Below, piece by piece: positions 19,777 to 28,511 of a stretch of DNA of 51,872 nt. The notes beneath the pieces are model-generated. The model was given only the letters and a program-made list of their open reading frames with translations, did no database searches and was not told the origin of the DNA. The translations under genes were made by a program, and so were the position numbers. The stretch's first letter is position 1. Every line of letters starts with the position of its first letter. The stretch lies in assembly GCA_902760855.1 (NCBI GenBank), contig CACWIO010000001.1:1-51872 (forward strand), given 5' to 3'. This stretch comes from an uncultured Eubacteriales bacterium (GTDB taxonomy: Bacteria > Bacillota > Clostridia > Peptostreptococcales > Anaerovoracaceae).

Positions 19777-20541
19777 ATGACAATTTTCGCAAAACCTATC
19801 GGATATCTGTTGATGGGAATATACAACGTAGTAGGCAACTACGGTATATCGCTGATTATTCTGACTTTAGTCGTTAAACTTGCGCTCTATCCGCTCTATG
19901 CTAAGCAGCTCAAATCATCTGCAGGAATGCAGGAGATGTCTTCAAGAGTTCAGGACATCCAGAGAAGATACGCAAACGACAGAGAGAAGATGAACGAAGA
20001 GATGCAGAAGGTCTACGCTGAGACGGGCTTCAGCCCAATGAGCGGTTGCCTTCCTATGCTCATTCAGTTCCCTGTAATCATGGGACTCTTCGCCCTGCTC
20101 AGAAATCCGATGAAGTACATGCCGGCAAGCGCTACAATGATGTTCGCGAACCACGAGAGCTTCCTTTGGATCAAGGACCTCGCGCAGCCTGACATGTGGA
20201 TTTTGCCTATTGCCGCGGCAGCCTCAACATTCTTTGCATTCAGCATGAATTCAGCAATGACTATGCAGGCACCGGGCACGCCTGAAGGGCAAGGTAAAGC
20301 AATGAACGCTATGATGAAATACTTCTTCCCGCTGAGCATACTTTGGCTCGCCAGGTCATACCCGGCAGGTCTCGCGATTTATTGGGCGGGCGGTCAGTTC
20401 ATGCAGATTTTCTTTAACCTCAGAATGAACAAAGTAAGAGAGAAGATGAAGGAAGAGCAGGAACAGAAAAAACTGGTAGAGAGAGCCGAGAGAGAGCTCG
20501 CAAGGAAGAAGAGAGCCAGAATGAAAGGAAGTTACCAGTAA
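19777..20541 (+). CDS. yidC: YidC/Oxa1-family membrane insertase
   Basis: ISLIILTLVVKLALYPL, a GCLPMLIQFPV motif and a basic C-tail. The ATG at 19777 is preferred to the TTG at 19774. Confidence 0.9.
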   Translation: MTIFAKPIGYLLMGIYNVVGNYGISLIILTLVVKLALYPLYAKQLKSSAGMQEMSSRVQDIQRRYANDREKMNEEMQKVYAETGFSPMSGCLPMLIQFPVIMGLFALLRNPMKYMPASATMMFANHESFLWIKDLAQPDMWILPIAAAASTFFAFSMNSAMTMQAPGTPEGQGKAMNAMMKYFFPLSILWLARSYPAGLAIYWAGGQFMQIFFNLRMNKVREKMKEEQEQKKLVERAERELARKKRARMKGSYQ

Positions 20542-21450
20542 ATGAAGCAATCAGAGAAATGGGGAGTCGATGTGGACACCGCCGTCGAGCTCGCACTCAA
20601 GGAGCTCGGAGCAGATAGAGATGACGTAGAAATCGAAGTTTTGGAAGAGTCATCAAGCGGTTTCCTCGGAATAGGCTCCAAACTGGCCAAGGTCAGAGTG
20701 AGCGTCAAGGAAGCAGAGGACGCATTTGAGACAAACGCTAACGCAGCTAGAGAAAAGGGAAGCTTCGACGACATAGATGCAATACTTGCCGGTTTGCCGG
20801 AGAACACATCTCAGCAGCTCCCGGACGAAGTAAGAGCGGACTACGACAAGTTCGAGGCGGAAGAGATAGCGGACGCTGAGGCAGCTGAGGCAGCCCACGC
20901 GGAGGAGCGAAGCAAAGCCAAGAGAGAAAGAGGCAATAGAGGCCGTAAGAAATTCAAAGTGTCGATTGAGGACACTCAGCTCGAGGAAGTCAAGAAACTC
21001 GAGGCTGTAGAGGGCCACGTACTCGAAGGATTCCTGAGAGGCGTAGCGGAGCAGATGGGCGTAGAGCTCGACTTCGAAGTCAAGGCCGGAGATGACCTGG
21101 TATTTGTGGAAATCACAGGCAAGGACACAGGCACAATCATCGGCAAGAGAGGAACGACACTCGACGCAGTTCAGTGCCTCGCAAGCTACGTTGTAAACAA
21201 AGACGCAGACCACTACATCAGAGTCGTGCTCGATGCTGAGAATTACAGATCGAAGAGAGAGAAGACTTTGATCAACCTCGCCAACAGACTCGCAGGTAAA
21301 GTTGAGAGAGGCGGAAGACCCGTCACACTCGAGCCTATGAATCCGTACGAGAGAAAGGTGATTCACTGCACACTGCAGCAGCACCCGGGCGTTAAGACCA
21401 GAAGCGAAGGCAAGGACCCTTATCGCAAAGTCGTGATCGAAAGTAAATAA
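20542..21450 (+). CDS. jag: Jag/KhpB RNA-binding protein (Jag_N, KH, R3H)
   Basis: N-terminal Jag domain (AVELALKELG), an acidic/basic linker, and a C-terminal R3H region (LEPMNPYERKVIHCTLQ). Confidence 0.9.
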   Translation: MKQSEKWGVDVDTAVELALKELGADRDDVEIEVLEESSSGFLGIGSKLAKVRVSVKEAEDAFETNANAAREKGSFDDIDAILAGLPENTSQQLPDEVRADYDKFEAEEIADAEAAEAAHAEERSKAKRERGNRGRKKFKVSIEDTQLEEVKKLEAVEGHVLEGFLRGVAEQMGVELDFEVKAGDDLVFVEITGKDTGTIIGKRGTTLDAVQCLASYVVNKDADHYIRVVLDAENYRSKREKTLINLANRLAGKVERGGRPVTLEPMNPYERKVIHCTLQQHPGVKTRSEGKDPYRKVVIESK

Positions 21451-21463
21451 AGAATAAAAATAG

Positions 21464-21498
21464 AGGCTTCCCGAATCGGGAAGCCTCATAGTTTTTTG
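21464..21498. terminator. Bidirectional intrinsic terminator
   Basis: GAGGCTTCCCG-aat-CGGGAAGCCTC (21464-21488) is followed by ATAGTTTTTT and preceded by AATAAAAATA. Confidence 0.85.
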
Positions 21499-21502
21499 AG
21501 AA

Positions 21503-21919
21503 TTATTCAGCTGAGGTGAATGTCTGAGTCGCGAGGACTTCGTCTCCGAATGTGATGCTGACTACCATTTTCACACCGCTGATTTCGGTTTCATCCTCGA
21601 TGCTCTTGCAGAGCTGTGCGAAGTTAGGCTTCATAGCATCGAGAGCCTGCACGAGTGTCTCCTGAACTACAGGGTCTTTGACAGTCTCTTCGCTGGCGCC
21701 TTCTGTCTTGGCCAGATCGAATTTGAAATTAACGGTATTCTTTTCGATTGTTACTTCCATACTGGCCTGCTCAGCAGTCGATTGGATCTGCTCAGAAATA
21801 TCTGTATTGCTCTTGATAACCTCCTCGAGGGTACTTGCTTTCTTGGCGCATGAAGGAAGCATGATGCCGAGCGCCAGGGCCATTGTTAATAATAATGCGA
21901 TAATTGATTTTCTTTTCAT
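21503..21919 (-). CDS. Small secreted lipoprotein, function unknown
   Basis: Signal peptide with lipobox MLPSC; 138 aa. Confidence 0.6.
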   Translation of the reverse strand: MKRKSIIALLLTMALALGIMLPSCAKKASTLEEVIKSNTDISEQIQSTAEQASMEVTIEKNTVNFKFDLAKTEGASEETVKDPVVQETLVQALDAMKPNFAQLCKSIEDETEISGVKMVVSITFGDEVLATQTFTSAE

Positions 21920-21939
21920 CTTAAAGTACTCCTTTCGGT

Positions 21940-22545
21940 TTAGTTACCGTCGTTGTTGTTTCCGAAGATATTGTTCCAGAGGCCTCCCGAACCCTCGGTT
22001 CCGTCCTCTGCGTCGGTGAGATTGTTGTTCTTATATCCGTTAGCGTCTGTGCCATCAGTGCCGGTGTTTGTGGTTCCGTCCTGATTGTAATTGCCCTGAT
22101 CGCTGCTGTTACTGTTACCATTGCCGAAAATGCCGGAATTGCTCTGGTCGTTTTGGTTGCTCTGGTTATTCTGATTGTTTTGCTGATTGGCTCTGCGAGC
22201 TTCCTCAGCCTCTCTCTTAGCAGCCTCGAGCTCCTTCTCGGCCTTGGTCTGAATCTTCTCGGCTTCACCTTTGAACTCGTCGATTATTTCATAGACTTCT
22301 TTACGAGTCTGCGCTGTCTCGAGATCCTTTGTTACATTGTTGATATGTACCTGAAGCTGAGCGGCCTCCTCGGTGTCATAGTCGGCAATGTCGAAATCCT
22401 TCACTACCTTTTGTGCGTCGCGCACGGCCATCTTGCCGTCTAGAATGCGGTAGCCGTAAGCACCGCCTCCTGCTGCAATCAGCATGAGTATAAGCACGAG
22501 CAGAATCTTGCCGCCGACTCCTCCTCTTTTATTGTTCATCGTCAT
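21940..22545 (-). CDS. Single-pass membrane protein with a coiled-coil and an N/Q/G-rich tail, function unknown
   Basis: N-terminal TM helix (ILLVLILMLIAAGGGAYGY), a KE-rich helix, then NQQNNQNNQSNQNDQSN... Confidence 0.55.
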   Translation of the reverse strand: MTMNNKRGGVGGKILLVLILMLIAAGGGAYGYRILDGKMAVRDAQKVVKDFDIADYDTEEAAQLQVHINNVTKDLETAQTRKEVYEIIDEFKGEAEKIQTKAEKELEAAKREAEEARRANQQNNQNNQSNQNDQSNSGIFGNGNSNSSDQGNYNQDGTTNTGTDGTDANGYKNNNLTDAEDGTEGSGGLWNNIFGNNNDGN

Positions 22546-22659
22546 GTCCTTTCCTTCACAGTGTTAATACGCGCTAATAATACCATATTAGTAGTCGTGA
22601 GTGTAGGTTTAGAAAAAGAAACTTACTAATAAGAAGAGATAGTGGTATATAATGGACGC

Positions 22660-23850
22660 ATGAAAATTAACAGCTTGGTACTTGAAAATTTCAGAAATTA
22701 TAAGAATCTCGAAATTGACTTCGACGAGAGCAGGAACATTCTCGTGGGTGAGAACGCTCAGGGTAAGACCAATCTCGTGGAGGCAATTTATCTTACTGCG
22801 TTCGCGAGATCGTTTAGGACGAATAACGCCGCCGATATGATTTACTTCGGGGAGGCGGCGGGCAGAGTCAGCGCGGATGTGGAGAGTGAAGAGATTGACA
22901 AGAATATAAATATCACTCTGCGCGCTGACGGAAAGAAGATGATACAAAAGGACGGCAAGGCCGTGAAGCGGACTGCCGAACTTTTGAACACCGTCGTCGT
23001 TATTGTATTTACTCCGGACGATTTGCGGATTATCAAGGATAGTCCGGAGAAGAGGCGCGCGTTCATAAACCGCGAGCTTTCGCAGATGAGGCCGCGGTAT
23101 TATGAGCAGCTGCGTCGGTACAACGATGCTTTGAAGGAGAAGAACGCGCTGCTGAAAGGTTTTTTCAATGTAAAGAAAAAAACCTTTACGCGCGTCGACA
23201 ATTTAAGCCTGAACGACGACGCAGGAGCAAATCCATACGACAATTCTCGCAGGTACAACGAGGACCTGCTCGATGTCTACGATCGCCAACTCGCGGATGC
23301 AGGCTACGAACTTCTGCGCTACAGGATGGAGTTCACCGAGCAGCTCTCAGAGGAGGCCGCGGAGATAATGAAGAATATCTCGGACGGCAGAGAAGACCTC
23401 GAAATCAGATACAAGACATCATGCAACTACGTGACCGCAAGTGAAGGCAGGGATCTTCTGTACAGCCAAATCAGACATAACAGAGACAAAGACATATATA
23501 ACGGGAGCGCGTCTCTCGGACCGCACAGGGACGACATCGAATTCTATATAAACGGAAACGATGCCCGGAAGTTCGGCTCGCAGGGCCAGCAGCGTACTAT
23601 CGCGCTCTCGCTGAAATTCGCAGAAATCAGAATCGCCAGGCAAACTCTCGGCGAGGCGCCGGTGCTGCTGCTAGACGACGTTCTCTCAGAGCTGGATCCG
23701 GGCCGCCAGAGATTCCTGATCAGCGAGATAGACGACGTCCAGCTCTTCATCACGTCGGCGGAGCTCGCGGACGAAGTCCGGAGCGCCCTGCGCGGAGGCA
23801 CCCTCTTCCGCATCGAAGACGGCTCCGTCACCCGCGTCGACAAATACTGA
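22660..23850 (+). CDS. recF: DNA replication/repair protein RecF
   Basis: MKINSLVLENFRNYKNLEIDF, Walker A GENAQGKTNL, signature FGSQGQQRT and Walker B LLLDDVLSELD. The start is moved to the ATG at 22660. Confidence 0.9.
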   Translation: MKINSLVLENFRNYKNLEIDFDESRNILVGENAQGKTNLVEAIYLTAFARSFRTNNAADMIYFGEAAGRVSADVESEEIDKNINITLRADGKKMIQKDGKAVKRTAELLNTVVVIVFTPDDLRIIKDSPEKRRAFINRELSQMRPRYYEQLRRYNDALKEKNALLKGFFNVKKKTFTRVDNLSLNDDAGANPYDNSRRYNEDLLDVYDRQLADAGYELLRYRMEFTEQLSEEAAEIMKNISDGREDLEIRYKTSCNYVTASEGRDLLYSQIRHNRDKDIYNGSASLGPHRDDIEFYINGNDARKFGSQGQQRTIALSLKFAEIRIARQTLGEAPVLLLDDVLSELDPGRQRFLISEIDDVQLFITSAELADEVRSALRGGTLFRIEDGSVTRVDKY

Positions 23851-23940
23851 CATCGATTCAAACAATGCGAGACTGATTGTTATCATCGACTTCGCCAATT
23901 GCATTATTCTTTACGCTTTTCATTAAAGGCATTCAGCCGT

Positions 23941-24341
23941 GCAGTTATGGACAATCACCGCAGGCCCATGGATAAACGCATGCACAGAAGAATCGCACAC
24001 AAGATCTTCTGCACACCCGCTTACCCACAGGCCTTTAATAGTTATCCGCATCGGTGATTGCGCACAGCCTGCACAGCTGCTACGACTACCTTCTGAACAA
24101 CAATAACAGCATCAGCATTTTTCTCTTATACTTCTGCCCCTATCTCGTCCCCGTAATAATATTATTTTTCATCATAATATGGCTTTATCGTAGTAGCAGT
24201 GGCGGTGGATTATGTTGATAAGCGACACCAAGCAGATAGGAGCGGTGGATAAGTCGGAGGATAGAAGAACATTTGCTGATTCCATCGCAGCTATCCTTGG
24301 ACTTATCCATGGCTCCTCGCTTATCCACATAATCCATGGCC
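23941..24341. repeat. DnaA-box-rich non-coding element A (inverted partner of 38400-39097)
   Basis: Boxes: TTACCCACA 24021-24029, TTATCCGCA 24042-24050, TGTTGATAA 24213-24221, GGTGGATAA 24244-24252, and perfect TTATCCACA 24321-24329, plus weaker TTATCCATG-type sites. The reverse complement aligns with element B (see findings). Confidence 0.8.
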
Positions 24342-24413
24342 ATTTCACCTATACTGAGGCATGCTCCACAGACTGTGAAGCATATGATTTTGAAGAGGAC
24401 TTTTTTGAGTTTG

Positions 24414-24570
24414 TATGCATATTGTGGAAATTTTTGCTAATATGCATATTTTTCTTTTTAATTTGCTGTTTTCATGCTAATAATAGGTATAATTTAATTG
24501 AAATTAGCAGATAATCGCAGAATCAAATAAAAAAGTATGCATATATGAAAATATCTTGGAAATATGCATA
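24414..24570. promoter_or_regulatory. Four copies of the palindrome TATGCATA flanking a TATAAT element
   Basis: TATGCATA occurs at 24414-24421, 24441-24448, 24536-24543 and 24563-24570, forming two pairs each spaced 27 bp. A TATAAT lies at about 24488-24493 between the pairs, upstream of CDS 24668. Confidence 0.45.
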
Positions 24571-24667
24571 CGATTTAAAAAAACTGCTCTTTAATCTAAA
24601 AGTATTATTAGCGCTGAAAGGGTTTATACATTCTATATAGAACATCAGATTGCGAGGGTAAGCATTT

Positions 24668-25462
24668 ATGATCCATAGAAAAGAACTGGAGAGAATTCGC
24701 TCTATTATGATTGAGAGCAAGAATGATATTGAGTCAGAATTGAGAAACATGCCGGAAGGTGAACTATATTGCATGCGCAAACCAGACAGATGGGTATATT
24801 ATCAGCGCTTTCCAAAGAAGGGCAACAGGAAAAAGGAGAAGCGGGTTGGTATCACGAAGGACAACGAGAAAGTGTTTTCACTTGTGCGCAAAGAGTATCT
24901 GACTAAAGCCATCGCCATAATTGAGAAGGACATAAGGACTATAGACATGGCTATCAAGCATTATGCCAATTATGATGAGGAATCGGTGATGGCAAAGTTT
25001 CTTGAGAAGCATCCGGAGCTGAGAGAAGGCATATATCACGGAAAGCAAAGCGATGAAGAATGGGCAGACAGCTACGATCAGCAACAGAATTTCTATGATG
25101 AGAGCCGCAAACACACATCCGCCATGGGTGTGAAGATGAGATCTAAAAATGAAATATACATTTCTTCGCGACTGGATCATTACTCGATCCCTTACAGATA
25201 TGAGGCGTCTATAGCGCATCCTGATGTGGCCAGAGTTCCAGACTTTACTATCAGGAGACCGAGAGATGGGAAGATCATATATTGGGAACACTTAGGAATA
25301 ACTGACAGCGAAGATTACTTGCTGGGAAATGGAATTAAGTTCAGGGAATACAGAGATGTAGGAATAGTGCCATGGGATAATCTTATTGTTACATATGATG
25401 ATGCAAGTGGTAATATTGATGCAAAGATTATCGAAGCTATGATACAGGGCTGGTTGCTTTAG
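24668..25462 (+). CDS. Hypothetical protein with a C-terminal PD-(D/E)xK-like nuclease fold
   Basis: The C-terminal ~110 aa, SKNEIYISSRLDHYSIPYRYE...VPDFTIRR...IIYWEHLGI, fit an E...D...E-x-(K/L) restriction-endonuclease-like pattern. The N-terminal half is helical. The gene is low in GC. Confidence 0.45.
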   Translation: MIHRKELERIRSIMIESKNDIESELRNMPEGELYCMRKPDRWVYYQRFPKKGNRKKEKRVGITKDNEKVFSLVRKEYLTKAIAIIEKDIRTIDMAIKHYANYDEESVMAKFLEKHPELREGIYHGKQSDEEWADSYDQQQNFYDESRKHTSAMGVKMRSKNEIYISSRLDHYSIPYRYEASIAHPDVARVPDFTIRRPRDGKIIYWEHLGITDSEDYLLGNGIKFREYRDVGIVPWDNLIVTYDDASGNIDAKIIEAMIQGWLL

Positions 25463-25515
25463 GAAAGCACTTGAGGCGGTAGCCATTTTAGGCAATTGAA
25501 AAAAGGAAAAACAAG

Positions 25516-26391
25516 TTGAGCTTAGTGAATGCAATTAAAAGAGAATACGGGGAGGGCGTGGAGATAGCAAGCCGAAGGGCTGTGAGCGGTGGAGACATCA
25601 GCAGCGCTTACGAGCTTGAGCTTTCAAACGGCATTCGTGTTTTCTTGAAGATAAACAGCGCAGCAAGGGCAGATCTCTTTCGCGCAGAGGAAGAGGGCCT
25701 CTCGGCCATGAGGGAAACGAAAAGCGTGTCGGTTCCGCGCGTAATTGCAAGAGGAGTAGATGGAGACGAGGCTTTTTTGCTTATGGAGCAAATTGAAGCA
25801 GGGAGAGCCGGAAAAGAATCGTCCGAGAGACTTGGCAGAGAGCTCGCCTTTATGCATATGGCAGATAGCTCAAAGTTCACTCCCGGCGGCAAATACGGAT
25901 TCACTTCAGATAACTATATTGGGGAGTTTGCCCAGATAAATACACCAAAAGAAAAGTGGGCGGATTTCTTTGCGGAGTGCAGACTGCGCCCGCAGATAGA
26001 CATGGCAGCCTATTACTTCAGTTCAGAAGATATGAGGAAGTTCGACACGCTTCTCGACAAGCTAGACGAGTATTTACCGGAGCCCGAAAGACCTTCGCTT
26101 CTCCATGGAGACCTATGGTCAGGGAACTATCTCATAGATACAAATGGCAAACCCTGGCTAATCGACCCTGCGGCATATGTGGGGCATGCCGAGGCGGATC
26201 TTGCAATGACCGAGCTCTTCGGCGGCTTCGATGAACACTTCTACGGGGCGTACAAAGAAGCAGTCGGCATCGATAAAGGCTATGCGGAGAGAAGAGATCT
26301 CTACAACTTATATAATCTGATAAACCATCTCAATCATTTCGGCACCGGCTATCTCGGAGCTGTAATTAACACCTTGAAAAAATACACTTAA
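25516..26391 (+). CDS. Fructosamine/ketosamine kinase family protein
   Basis: LLHGDLWSGNYL and DPAAYVGHAEADLAMTELFGGF are typical of the fructosamine kinase family. TTG start. Confidence 0.85.
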   Translation: MSLVNAIKREYGEGVEIASRRAVSGGDISSAYELELSNGIRVFLKINSAARADLFRAEEEGLSAMRETKSVSVPRVIARGVDGDEAFLLMEQIEAGRAGKESSERLGRELAFMHMADSSKFTPGGKYGFTSDNYIGEFAQINTPKEKWADFFAECRLRPQIDMAAYYFSSEDMRKFDTLLDKLDEYLPEPERPSLLHGDLWSGNYLIDTNGKPWLIDPAAYVGHAEADLAMTELFGGFDEHFYGAYKEAVGIDKGYAERRDLYNLYNLINHLNHFGTGYLGAVINTLKKYT

Positions 26392-26440
26392 GCGGAGCTA
26401 TTGAGAAGCTGTCTTACGCTGAAGCAGAATTGTCTTTTTC

Positions 26441-26469
26441 TTGACAAAGCGTTTAGAGCCACATAGAAT
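26441..26469 (+). promoter_or_regulatory. Promoter of the adenine-deaminase operon
   Basis: TTGACA (26441-26446), 17 nt, then TAGAAT (26464-26469). Confidence 0.6.
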
Positions 26470-26654
26470 TAAGTCACAATTGAATAGTTTGTAATGTATC
26501 GAAATTCGGATATACTTACAGGACGAGAAACCCGATCGAAATTCGAAGAAACTAAGGACGTGAAGCCTGATCAAAAATCTTCCAAACACAAACGGGACGA
26601 GAAACCTGATTCATTACCAACAAGTTCTTGTCTACGATTGTGTTTTTTGTTTTC
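26470..26654 (+). promoter_or_regulatory. Unclassified structured 5' leader: ~3.5 tandem ~37-nt units plus a terminator-like helix
   Basis: GGACGAGAAACCCGAT 26521-26536, GGACGTGAAGCCTGAT 26556-26571 and GGACGAGAAACCTGAT 26595-26610. ATCGAAATTCG occurs at 26498 and 26535. ACACAAACG (26586-26594) pairs with CGATTGTGT (26635-26643) and is followed by TTTTTGTTTT. Confidence 0.5.
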
Positions 26655-26727
26655 AGTTATTGTTTATGAAAGCGCCAAGTTCAATTACTCTACGCAGATC
26701 CATAACATAATGAAAGGAGGACTTTCT

Positions 26728-28506
26728 ATGGGAAGAACCGTTGAAGAGCTCAAGGAAAGGATTAGAGCGGGAAGTTCGAAGATTCCGTCCGACAAAGTCA
26801 TTCGCGGAGGCATGCTGGTCAACGTGATGACTAAGGAAATCTATCCTGCGGATATCGCAATCTACAAGGATATGATTACCGCTGTCGGGGATGTCGACGA
26901 TTATGTCGATGAGAACACGGAAGTAATCGATGCCGAAGGTATGTATCTGACGCCGGGTCTTATAGACGGGCACATCCACAGCGAATGCAGCAAGATGAGC
27001 ATTACAAGCTATGCGAAGGCCGTCGTTCCGCACGGCACGACAAGCATGATTTCCGGCATGGATGAGTATCTGTCAGTCTCGGACCTTGATGGGCTGAAAG
27101 AGATTCAGGCGGAGGCCGATGCGAGCCCGCTAAAAGTCTTCTGGGGAGCGCCTTATACCTCGCCATACACCGTACCGAAATCCACCATCAACTTTAACAT
27201 GACCAAAGAAGTGCATGAGGTCGTTCAGAAATGGCCGGAGTGCTTCGGCGTCTGGGAGACGGTAACGGAATTCGTGCTGGAAGAAGACGAAGACACTTTG
27301 GGCGCCATGGCGGCTGCCTACAACAATCGCCTGCCAATCTTTGGCTGTGCACCATTTGCCAGAGGCAATCGCCTCAATGGCATCTTATGCGGCGGCGTGC
27401 GTCTCGATCACGAAAGCTACGACCATGAAGAAGTCGTGGAGAAAATGCGTAAAGGCATGCATATGCTGATTCGAGAGTCATGCGTCACTCATTTCTTGGC
27501 GGAAAACATCCGCGCAATCACAGAAGTTAACCCTTATTTATCAAGAAGAACAAGCTTTTGCACCGACGATGTAACTGCGACTGACATAGCTAATCGCGGG
27601 CATTTGGATAATGTCGTGCGTCTGGCGATCAAAGCAGGCATCGAACCTATAACGGCAATTCAGATGGCTTCGATCAACAGCGCCGAGGCGTACCGCATCG
27701 ATCACCTTATCGGATCGATTTGCCCGGGCAGAATCGCGGATATTCTTTTCGTTACTTCACTAGAAGAGTTCGAAGTAAAGCGCGTCATGACCAACGGTAA
27801 GATGGTTGCGGAGAACGGAAAGATCAGCTATGACCTCAGGCCTCCGAAACACAGCGATATTTTCGTAGGCGAGCTTAAGTGCAAAATGACTACAAAAGAG
27901 GATTTTGAATACAAAGTCCCGATCAAGGACGGAGTGGCTAAAGTGCTGTCGATTAAGAGCGAGGGCCCGTTCGTGCGCAAGCGCCTTGATGTAGAACTCG
28001 AGGTTAAAGACGGCATAGTGCAGCCGAGCACGGAGAAGGATTGCATCATGGTGTCCGTACTGGAGAGATTCGGAAAGAACGGCAATCAGTCGCTTGCCTT
28101 CTGCACCGGCTGGGGACTGCACGGCGCAATGGCGTCGACCAACGCACCGGATGACAACGACCTCATCGTTATGGGATCCAGTGCCGAAGACATGTCGGTC
28201 GCGGCCAACCACCTGATTAAAATGGGCGGCGGCCAGGTTGTAGTGCAGGACGGAGAGATACTCGAGTTCCTGCCGCTTCCTATCGGTGGCATTGTAAGCG
28301 ATCTCGAGCCTGAGGAAATGGTTGCAGCAGAGAAGAGAATTGATGACGCAGCCAGGAAGATCGGTTCAGAACTTCCGGATCCGATGATGTACATGTTCTT
28401 CCTACCTATAACAGCAGTTCCGGACTACGCCATTACAGACGCGGGGCCGGTTGATTATCTGAATTTATGCACCTATGATCCGGTACTGGAGTTGAAAGAG
28501 AGGTAA
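26728..28506 (+). CDS. Adenine deaminase-family amidohydrolase, paralogue 1
   Basis: 592 aa from the ATG at 26728 (RBS AAAGGAGG). It has GLIDGHIHSECS (HxH metal motif) and the same overall length and architecture as the next gene. Confidence 0.75.
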   Translation: MGRTVEELKERIRAGSSKIPSDKVIRGGMLVNVMTKEIYPADIAIYKDMITAVGDVDDYVDENTEVIDAEGMYLTPGLIDGHIHSECSKMSITSYAKAVVPHGTTSMISGMDEYLSVSDLDGLKEIQAEADASPLKVFWGAPYTSPYTVPKSTINFNMTKEVHEVVQKWPECFGVWETVTEFVLEEDEDTLGAMAAAYNNRLPIFGCAPFARGNRLNGILCGGVRLDHESYDHEEVVEKMRKGMHMLIRESCVTHFLAENIRAITEVNPYLSRRTSFCTDDVTATDIANRGHLDNVVRLAIKAGIEPITAIQMASINSAEAYRIDHLIGSICPGRIADILFVTSLEEFEVKRVMTNGKMVAENGKISYDLRPPKHSDIFVGELKCKMTTKEDFEYKVPIKDGVAKVLSIKSEGPFVRKRLDVELEVKDGIVQPSTEKDCIMVSVLERFGKNGNQSLAFCTGWGLHGAMASTNAPDDNDLIVMGSSAEDMSVAANHLIKMGGGQVVVQDGEILEFLPLPIGGIVSDLEPEEMVAAEKRIDDAARKIGSELPDPMMYMFFLPITAVPDYAITDAGPVDYLNLCTYDPVLELKER

Positions 28507-28511
28507 GAGGG

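Noticed and set aside
21960-22200. Apparent short tandem DNA repeats (AAC/CAG-rich on the coding strand)
   Set aside because: This is the coding sequence of the N/Q-rich tail of the 21940-22545 protein. It reflects codon-level low complexity rather than a discrete satellite.
24212-24514. 100-aa + strand ORF in the recF-downstream gap
   Set aside because: It runs straight through the DnaA-box cluster and AT-rich promoter-like DNA. It has no RBS and an odd composition, so I treat it as non-coding.
26470-26654. Purine (guanine/adenine) riboswitch upstream of the ade operon
   Set aside because: I looked for the conserved three-way-junction core segments of the purine riboswitch and did not find them. 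I report the region as an unclassified leader instead. An Infernal scan is still needed.
26494-26727. 78-codon N-terminal extension of the first adenine deaminase in the ORF track
   Set aside because: The ATG at 26728 has a strong AAAGGAGG RBS, and homologous deaminases begin there. The extension overlaps the repeat and terminator leader and would translate into low-complexity sequence.
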